Assembly: GCA_902168105.1 (NCBI GenBank)
Contig: CABHOY010000052.1
Coordinates: forward strand, 987-64,986
From: an uncultured Flavihumibacter sp.
Lineage (GTDB): Bacteria; Bacteroidota; Bacteroidia; Chitinophagales; Chitinophagaceae
Direction of reading: 5' to 3'
DNA: 64,000 nt
Below are positions 58,212 through 64,000 of this stretch, in pieces. The notes under the pieces are model-generated. The model had not been told where the DNA came from, did not search any database, and saw nothing but the letters and a program-made list of their open reading frames with translations. Made by a program: the position numbers and the translations under genes. Positions within the stretch are counted from its first letter, which is position 1. Each line of letters begins with the position of its first letter.

Positions 58212-58919
58212 TCATGAGCCGGTGGCATTCACGGCATTCATCATTGTACATCCCACTATTCCGGCAGTTTCAGTACGCAGGCGGGTGTCTCCCAGTGAAA
58301 CGGGTTGAAATCCTTTCTCTAATGCCAGTTTGATCTCATCAGGCGTAAAATCGCCTTCAGGCCCTATCAGTAGTAAACTATCCTTACCGGGCTGCATGGC
58401 TTGCCAGAGATGCTGCTTTTGTTCCGGCAGACAATGGGCGATGAACAACTGCTCTGCCGGGGGCTGTTGTACCAATGCTTCAAAAGTAGCGGGAGCGGTT
58501 AGTTCCGGCAGGTAATATTGCTGCGACTGTAACATAGCAGAGACGAGGATGTTCTCAAAACGGTCTGCCCGGAACTTTTCTTTTTCGGTACGCTGGCTCA
58601 CCAGGGGAATAATGGTCTGCATACCGATCTCGGTTGCTTTCTCCAGGAACCATTCTATACGGGAAGTATTTTTTGTGAAGGAGATAGCGATACGCACAGG
58701 CGCTTTTACAGGCGGCATCAGTTCATAGTTCCTGATCTGCACGACGCATTTCTTACGGTTATCGTCCGTAACAGCTGCTGTGTACCTGCCCCCCCGCCCA
58801 TCGGCCAGTAACACTTCGTCGCCCACCTCATGTCGCAACACCTGGATGCAGTATTTTGAGGTAGGTTCGTCCATCGTATAATGCCCGGCCCCGGGAGTTA
58901 GATCTTTTGCGTAAAACAT
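58212..58919 (-). CDS. rsmE: 16S rRNA m3U1498 methyltransferase
   Basis: QVLR, LEKATEIG, LIGPEGDF and SLGDTRLRTETA SPOUT motifs. Confidence 0.95.
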   Translation of the reverse strand: MFYAKDLTPGAGHYTMDEPTSKYCIQVLRHEVGDEVLLADGRGGRYTAAVTDDNRKKCVVQIRNYELMPPVKAPVRIAISFTKNTSRIEWFLEKATEIGMQTIIPLVSQRTEKEKFRADRFENILVSAMLQSQQYYLPELTAPATFEALVQQPPAEQLFIAHCLPEQKQHLWQAMQPGKDSLLLIGPEGDFTPDEIKLALEKGFQPVSLGDTRLRTETAGIVGCTMMNAVNATGS

Positions 58920-59130
58920 AATAGCCTGTTGGATTTTTGCAAATATCGGTTACTTGGGTGAGAATAGGGAAATACACACAATAAGTATCATGTCAACTAC
59001 TATAGGCTTTAACGTATAACATGTCCATCGTTTAAAGAATAAAAACTATTGAAACTTTTCAAATTCATAAATGCTAATTTTTTTAGCATCTTATTAACTA
59101 TTTTTACATTAATTAGCCGTATCTTGCTTG

Positions 59131-59138
59131 TACATTCG
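59131..59138 (+). promoter_or_regulatory. Near-consensus -7 box (TACATTCG) for the Panacea gene
   Basis: One mismatch to TAnnTTTG, 21 nt before ATG 59160. Confidence 0.4.
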
Positions 59139-59159
59139 CGCCCTGAAAAATTGTTTTAT

Positions 59160-59654
59160 ATGTATAATCCACTATCTATAGCGAATTACTTCGTAAAAAA
59201 ATCATGGGAAGAAGGCAAGGAACTTACGCCCATGAAGTTAGTAAAGCTCGTATATATTGCTCACGGTTGGCATTTGGCAATCACTGAACAACCTTTATTA
59301 ACAGAGGTTCCGCAGGCGTGGAAATATGGCCCTGTGATTCCAAGTGTTTATCATGCCTTTAAATCGTATGGTAACAGCCAAATTACTAGACTTTACAGTG
59401 TATTAGGCAGAGATGATATTCCTGAAGTTACTGCCCCGCCAATTCGCTTGTTATTAGACAAAGTGTGGGAAATCTATTCCAAATACAACGGTATAGAACT
59501 TTCAGCACTAACCCATAAAAATGATACCCCTTGGGATAAAGTGTGGAATCAAAATGGGGGAAAAGAAAAACAAGATGTTATTATCCCTAATAACATTATT
59601 GCGTCTCATTATAAACAAGTAATTGATGGATACATCCCAAAATCCAATAGTTGA
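59160..59654 (+). CDS. panA: Panacea (DUF4065/SocA-like) antitoxin domain protein
   Basis: SIANYF, LTPMKLVKLVYIAHGWHL, QAWKYGPVIPSVY and LSALTHKNDTPW are Panacea hallmarks; start at MYNPL. Confidence 0.88.
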   Translation: MYNPLSIANYFVKKSWEEGKELTPMKLVKLVYIAHGWHLAITEQPLLTEVPQAWKYGPVIPSVYHAFKSYGNSQITRLYSVLGRDDIPEVTAPPIRLLLDKVWEIYSKYNGIELSALTHKNDTPWDKVWNQNGGKEKQDVIIPNNIIASHYKQVIDGYIPKSNS

Positions 59655-60012
59655 CTCTATTACTCAGACAATTGGCAATATTGATACTTCTTTACAACGA
59701 CCCGAATTTACAGTAGATAGGAATGCGACTACGGAAAATAATCCAGATCCTTACAGCGCAAATATGCATAAGCGTAATGATCAACTTAAGGCTGCGTTCC
59801 ACAGAGTTGCCATATGGGGTATTAATATTGCCTTTTTTATTTTTGTTTGTGTATTCCTTATTAGGGTCCTCCATTTAGTATTACCTGGACAGGGGCGCTT
59901 ATGCAAATGGCTTACTCAAGAAGATATACAAGGGATAGATAAATTGTTTTTCAGTGGTACAATAGGAGGTCTTATCGGGAGATATCTCAAGGTTGTTGTT
60001 CCTGACAAATGA
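59626..60012 (+). CDS. Small membrane protein overlapping panA, candidate cognate toxin/effector
   Basis: 128 aa; polar N-terminus, long hydrophobic segment (VAIWGINIAFFIFVCVFLIRVLHLVLP) and a second FFSGTIGGLIG helix; 29-nt overlap with panA. Confidence 0.7.
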   Translation: MDTSQNPIVDSITQTIGNIDTSLQRPEFTVDRNATTENNPDPYSANMHKRNDQLKAAFHRVAIWGINIAFFIFVCVFLIRVLHLVLPGQGRLCKWLTQEDIQGIDKLFFSGTIGGLIGRYLKVVVPDK

Positions 60013-60174
60013 CATCAACTATAAAATCGATTAATAAAGAAAATTGAAGAATTCACCCTTCATCTTATTAATGAACATAAGCTCAATACATAACTTGCCG
60101 AATAGGTTAAATTGCTGCAACAGGGGTATATGCTTTAAAAACAAAACAACTCTTTCATCCATACAACGAATCAA

Positions 60175-60200
60175 AAGGCCGCCTCAATGAGACGGCCTTT
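60175..60200. terminator. Hairpin between convergent islet genes
   Basis: aaaggccg-c-ctca/tgag-a-cggccttt. Confidence 0.65.
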
Positions 60201-60261
60201 CAAATATATTTAGGGGCAATAACAAAATCAGACTTTCATGATCCAGGATCAGGAGGTGCTA

Positions 60262-60507
60262 TCAATAGCCCATTACGTCATCAATTGCTTTCAGGATCTT
60301 CGACTCTACACAGAAGAAACAGGCTTCTGCTTTTGTTAACTTTGGATCTTCCATTCTTTTTTTAAAAGACGCATACTGCGCGCTCACTTTCTCTTGAAAA
60401 GCCCTGGCTACATTGCGATGTGGCCCGCGACTGACACTAAGCAATCGCACGTATTTGTTCAACGTGTTAAAGCCTTTCATTAAGGCTGTAAATTGTTCAT
60501 TCCCCAT
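60262..60507 (-). CDS. Hypothetical protein (81 aa)
   Basis: ATG preceded by AT-rich sequence and followed by a terminator-like hairpin; no recognised motif. Confidence 0.5.
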   Translation of the reverse strand: MGNEQFTALMKGFNTLNKYVRLLSVSRGPHRNVARAFQEKVSAQYASFKKRMEDPKLTKAEACFFCVESKILKAIDDVMGY

Positions 60508-60597
60508 AATAAATAAAGTTTTACCTAATTTAAGACGGTGTTTTTATATGGACAAATAATGAGAAAACTTTCGCGTGTTGCGATGGTTGTTGTGTCG

Positions 60598-61040
60598 CTA
60601 TGATTGGTTTAATCTCATGCTGAGATTTACTTTACATTCTTCCATAAAGCTATTTCCAATGTTATGTTCGATTAAAGCATTCGTGCGGAACTCGTCTTTA
60701 TAATCCAGGATCATTTTCCTCTCCTCTTCTTTACTGATATCTGATTTTCCATACTTACCCACCTTCGGATAAAATCACAGTAATGTTACAGCTGCCTTCT
60801 CTCTGTCAACATAATAATATAATCTGTATCCATAGCTCTTTCCCTTGCCATTACTGGAATTGTCGACCCTGGACTTCAGATACCTGAAGTTGCCATTATC
60901 ATATAGTATTTGAGGCTGGCTAAATATTTCGTCTATTAATTTCCCTGGAAGAATGAGCATAGACAATTACAATAACTATTATTTTTCTTATAACGCGACA
61001 AGTCGCTTCTTACAGAAGCGATGGTATAGAAGATCAGCAA
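60598..61040 (-). pseudogene. RelE/HigB-like toxin pseudogene (one frameshift plus one in-frame TGA)
   Basis: Reconstructed reading: LLIFYTIASVRSDLSRYKKNNSYCNCLCSFFQ /frameshift near 60940/ GKLIDEIFSQPQIL...YLKSRVDNSSNGKGKSYGYRLYYYVD...VTLL*FYPKVGKYGKSDISKEEERKMILDY; KSxGYRLYY and LL.FYPK..KSDIS are RelE-like. Confidence 0.65.
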
Positions 61041-61050
61041 TGTATTGGGA

Positions 61051-61470
61051 TTAGTCGTTGAATAATGAGTTGTAATCCTGGTCCATGTTTACTCTATAAC
61101 GTGAAAGATCGTTCGCGATTTCGCGCAGGTCGTTTAGCTCATTACAGAAGACCTCTAGCTGTGAATTAATTTGACCCTGCAGACTAGTTTTTGCAATTGA
61201 ATCTTTGAGGCTTTCTGCGGCGTGGAAAATTTCGTGGATCTTGGCAAGCATTTCTTTAGCCTGCTCTATCGTATATAAATTGAAATTCTTCTCAACGGCA
61301 TTCACGAGTGTACTGATAAACTGGACAACGTTAGAAAATCCTCTTTGAATATTCAATATCATGTCCAGGTGTTCATCCGACCCTTGTGCAATAGACCGCT
61401 CAGTATTGGCCAACGAAGAAACTGTTCGCTCTATTAATTTAATATCTTCTGTGCAAGTGGTGTATGACAT
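61051..61470 (-). CDS. Hypothetical all-helical protein, putative antitoxin partner of the RelE-like pseudogene
   Basis: 139 aa, acidic amphipathic helices; stop 10 nt upstream of the RelE-like start. Confidence 0.6.
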   Translation of the reverse strand: MSYTTCTEDIKLIERTVSSLANTERSIAQGSDEHLDMILNIQRGFSNVVQFISTLVNAVEKNFNLYTIEQAKEMLAKIHEIFHAAESLKDSIAKTSLQGQINSQLEVFCNELNDLREIANDLSRYRVNMDQDYNSLFND

Positions 61471-61514
61471 GTGATAACTTATAAGGTAACAAATAAAATG
61501 GTCGGAAACGAATG

Positions 61515-61703
61515 CTATACCAAATGTAATAATTCGCGCTTAACTTCCGTCAAGCCATTTTGTTCATTTTTCAGAACAAAATCTCTTTGATTTGGATACC
61601 TCTTCTCCACCGCCTCAATCCCCTTTTCTCTATAGAGTACGAAGGCCAAAAGCATTTCACTGATAATTATCTTTTTCCTGTATGATTCTCTATTATCCAT
61701 CAA
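61515..61703 (-). CDS. Hypothetical protein (62 aa)
   Basis: Compact ORF with AT-rich upstream sequence. Confidence 0.55.
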   Translation of the reverse strand: MMDNRESYRKKIIISEMLLAFVLYREKGIEAVEKRYPNQRDFVLKNEQNGLTEVKRELLHLV

Positions 61704-61816
61704 TTCAATTAAAGAAAAAAGACGGTTCTATTTACAACAAAGACCTTAATCATCTTCGAAATAAATAAAACCGCCTTTTCACAGACAACTCGTTATTTAA
61801 AATAATAATGCCTTCA

Positions 61817-63160
61817 TCAATTATTAGCAATAGCCTCTTTCGTCTTATGCTGAAATCTAAAAAACAATAATATCGACGCAGTCAGTAATCCTATCAGCAA
61901 TCCCCACCAGATGCCCTGTACACCATATCCCAGATAGATCCCTAACAGGTAACCTACGGGCAATCCCAACACCCAATACGCCAACAGTGTGATCACAGTC
62001 GGTACCCGTACATCACCTAATCCTCTTAGTATTCCAAGTCCAACTACTTGCGTACCGTCAAACAATTGGAAGAAGGCTGCAATGATGAGCAGGTTAGCTG
62101 CGATATCGATAACAGCAGTATCACTGATATACATCAACGGTAACAACCTGCATCCCACCATAAAGATGAGCGCTGTGATTCCCATCATCACCAGTACCAT
62201 ATGATAACTGGCAATTGCGGATGATCTTAGCTCCTGCCACTTTCCTGCGCCAAAATGATTACCACTTCTGATACCCGCGGCAGAAGAGATACCACTCGCC
62301 ATCATGTAAGTAATAGATGCAAGATTGATCGCTATCTGATGCGCAGCCTGTTCTCTGGCGCCGATCCAACCGGCCATTACGATTGCACTACTAAAGGCGC
62401 TCACTTCAAAGATGTATTGCAATGCAACAGGAGTACCGATACCAAGTATCTGTTTGATCGCAGCAACAGACAAGTAACGTTGCCGGAAATGAACCAGGTA
62501 CTCTTTGAAACGGGGAGATGACAACACATACCAGGCCATAGCAACAGCCATCAGGACGCGATCTGTCAGCGTACCGATACCCACACCGATCACGCCCAGT
62601 TTAGGCGCTCCAAACAGCCCATATACCAGCGTAATGCCTATTATTATATTCAGCACGTTGCCGATGATACTGATGTTCATCGCCTGCCGGGTGAATCCTA
62701 GTCCTTCAGCAAATTGTTTAAAGGTCAGGAAGATCATCAGCGGGAAGAAGGAAATACCCAGCAATTTAAAGAATGGCCTGGCCAGTACACGCACATCCTC
62801 CTCCTGCCCAAGCAGATGCAGGTAATTACTGCCAACTATAATAATGGTTGACAATAGTAATCCCAGCACGATATTAATAACGAGGCTATGGCGCAACAGG
62901 AAACCGCATTGGGCAAGGTTCTTCCGCCCATGTTCCTGGGCGATCAGCGGAGTGAGGCCATAAGACATACCAATGCCTACCACCATGAATATGGAAAACA
63001 GGCTGCTGCCAAGCGCCACGGCCGCCAGCGGTACATCCCCGGTATGGCCGATGATAACTGTGTCAGAAAAAGCTACCAGTACGTGTCCCAACTGGGATAT
63101 GACTACAGGATATGCTAACCGGAAATTGTCTTTGTAGTACAGACGATATTTAGTCCACAT
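61817..63160 (-). CDS. MATE family efflux transporter (NorM-like)
   Basis: 12 TM; LAYPVVISQ, AAHQIA and FQLFDGTQVVGLGILRGLGD motifs. Confidence 0.92.
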   Translation of the reverse strand: MWTKYRLYYKDNFRLAYPVVISQLGHVLVAFSDTVIIGHTGDVPLAAVALGSSLFSIFMVVGIGMSYGLTPLIAQEHGRKNLAQCGFLLRHSLVINIVLGLLLSTIIIVGSNYLHLLGQEEDVRVLARPFFKLLGISFFPLMIFLTFKQFAEGLGFTRQAMNISIIGNVLNIIIGITLVYGLFGAPKLGVIGVGIGTLTDRVLMAVAMAWYVLSSPRFKEYLVHFRQRYLSVAAIKQILGIGTPVALQYIFEVSAFSSAIVMAGWIGAREQAAHQIAINLASITYMMASGISSAAGIRSGNHFGAGKWQELRSSAIASYHMVLVMMGITALIFMVGCRLLPLMYISDTAVIDIAANLLIIAAFFQLFDGTQVVGLGILRGLGDVRVPTVITLLAYWVLGLPVGYLLGIYLGYGVQGIWWGLLIGLLTASILLFFRFQHKTKEAIANN

Positions 63161-63176
63161 AGTATAACGGGAAATT

Positions 63177-63209
63177 AAAAAAGGCGCCCCGTTTTGAAGG
63201 AGCGCCTTT
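63177..63209 (-). terminator. Terminator after dnaB
   Basis: aaaggcgc/gcgccttt stem with A6 on + (U-tract on -). Confidence 0.7.
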
Positions 63210-63233
63210 CAGTATTTTACTGAATCTGTTTAG

Positions 63234-64000
63234 TTAAAAAGGAGCATCTTCAAATCCTTCATCGAAGGTCATGTCGTTCATCTTAGAACCCTTTTGAATA
63301 TAGAGTTTCGCCTCATCATTAGCGCCGCTGTCACCGCCACCGCGCAGACCTGCAAATGCGTTGCTGCTGCCGCCGCCTCCAGGGTTTTCCAGGCTTCCAT
63401 CGTCTTCAAAACGCTGGAATTCCAGTACCGCACGCAGCTTAATGGTATCCAGCTGACCGTTACGGTGTTTCGCTATACGCACGTGGGTTTCACCTTTGTT
63501 GGATTCGCCCATCTCATTCGTATTGATCTCGTAGTATTCAGGACGGTACAGGAACATTACCATGTCGGCATCCTGCTCGATCGCACCAGATTCACGGAGG
63601 TCACTCAACTGCGGCATCTTGTTACCGTCTTTACGCTTTTCCACATCACGGCTCAACTGGGAGAGGGCCAGGATCGGAACGTGCAGTTCCTTCGCCAACC
63701 CTTTCAGGTCCCTGGAGATCTTACTGATCTCCTGCTCACGGTTCGTACCCTTTCCATCCGCACTACCACTCATTAGCTGCAGGTAGTCGATGATGATCAC
63801 CCCTACTCCGTGGTTATGTACCAGCCTTCTGGCTTTTGCACGCAACTCGAAGATGTTCAGTGCCGGGGTATCGTCTATGAAGATAGGCGCTTTTGCCAGG
63901 CGTTCAATACCATGGGTCATCAACTTCTTCATTTCATACTCCTCCAGTTTACCCCTGGTGATCTTTTCGAGTTTGATCTCTGATTCCGCGGACAGGATAC
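63234..64000 (-). CDS. dnaB: Replicative DNA helicase, C-terminal part (5' end outside window)
   Basis: IIIDYLQLM, NREQEISKISRDLKGLAKEL, LSQLSRDVE, LSDLRESGAIEQDAD and IAKHRNG motifs. Confidence 0.96.
   Translation of the reverse strand, partial: ILSAESEIKLEKITRGKLEEYEMKKLMTHGIERLAKAPIFIDDTPALNIFELRAKARRLVHNHGVGVIIIDYLQLMSGSADGKGTNREQEISKISRDLKGLAKELHVPILALSQLSRDVEKRKDGNKMPQLSDLRESGAIEQDADMVMFLYRPEYYEINTNEMGESNKGETHVRIAKHRNGQLDTIKLRAVLEFQRFEDDGSLENPGGGGSSNAFAGLRGGGDSGANDEAKLYIQKGSKMNDMTFDEGFEDAPF

Noticed and set aside
59049-59159. ORF-track N-terminal extension of the Panacea gene
   Set aside because: TTG start, AT-rich promoter-like sequence and a -7-like box inside it; Panacea homology starts at MYNPL.
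60009-60110. Short ORF fragments after the Panacea partner (MTSTIKSINKEN*)
   Set aside because: Too short and motif-free to call a gene or remnant.

Overview
A 64-kb chromosomal segment from a Bacteroidota genome, most likely Chitinophagaceae. This is inferred from the SusC/SusD and ECF/FecR cassettes, HmuY and TAnnTTTG -7 promoter boxes. From left to right it holds: ferritin, a cupin, a TlpA thioredoxin, a sugar porter, an aldo/keto reductase, GH95 and a Tat-exported GH39; YciI-like and AraC genes; an ABC exporter, ndh and xseAB; a TolC/MFP/DUF190/CzcA-type RND system; a CsgG-like protein; a four-gene light-signalling cassette; an S41 peptidase; a heme-uptake locus (HmuY, TBDR, HemS, HmuTUV); an ECF/FecR/TBDR/DUF4249 cassette; pyrD and a second TlpA; an ECF/FecR/SusC/SusD/GH127 PUL; rsmE; an AT-rich islet with a Panacea antitoxin plus membrane protein and a doubly broken RelE-like gene; a MATE pump; and the 3' part of dnaB. 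The best candidate for an undescribed system is the apparent operon at 23744-30950. It encodes an Rcp1-type response regulator, a BphO heme oxygenase, a bacteriophytochrome made only of PAS-GAF-PHY with no output domain, and a separate 1500-aa CheB-CheR-coiled-coil-PAS-histidine kinase whose H-box is Cph1-like. It looks like a split phytochrome whose kinase carries its own methylation/demethylation module. Also notable are a loop-less perfect 104-bp palindrome and degenerate 11-bp-period intergenic arrays that appear related to it. No rRNA, tRNA, CRISPR array, integrase or transposase was seen.
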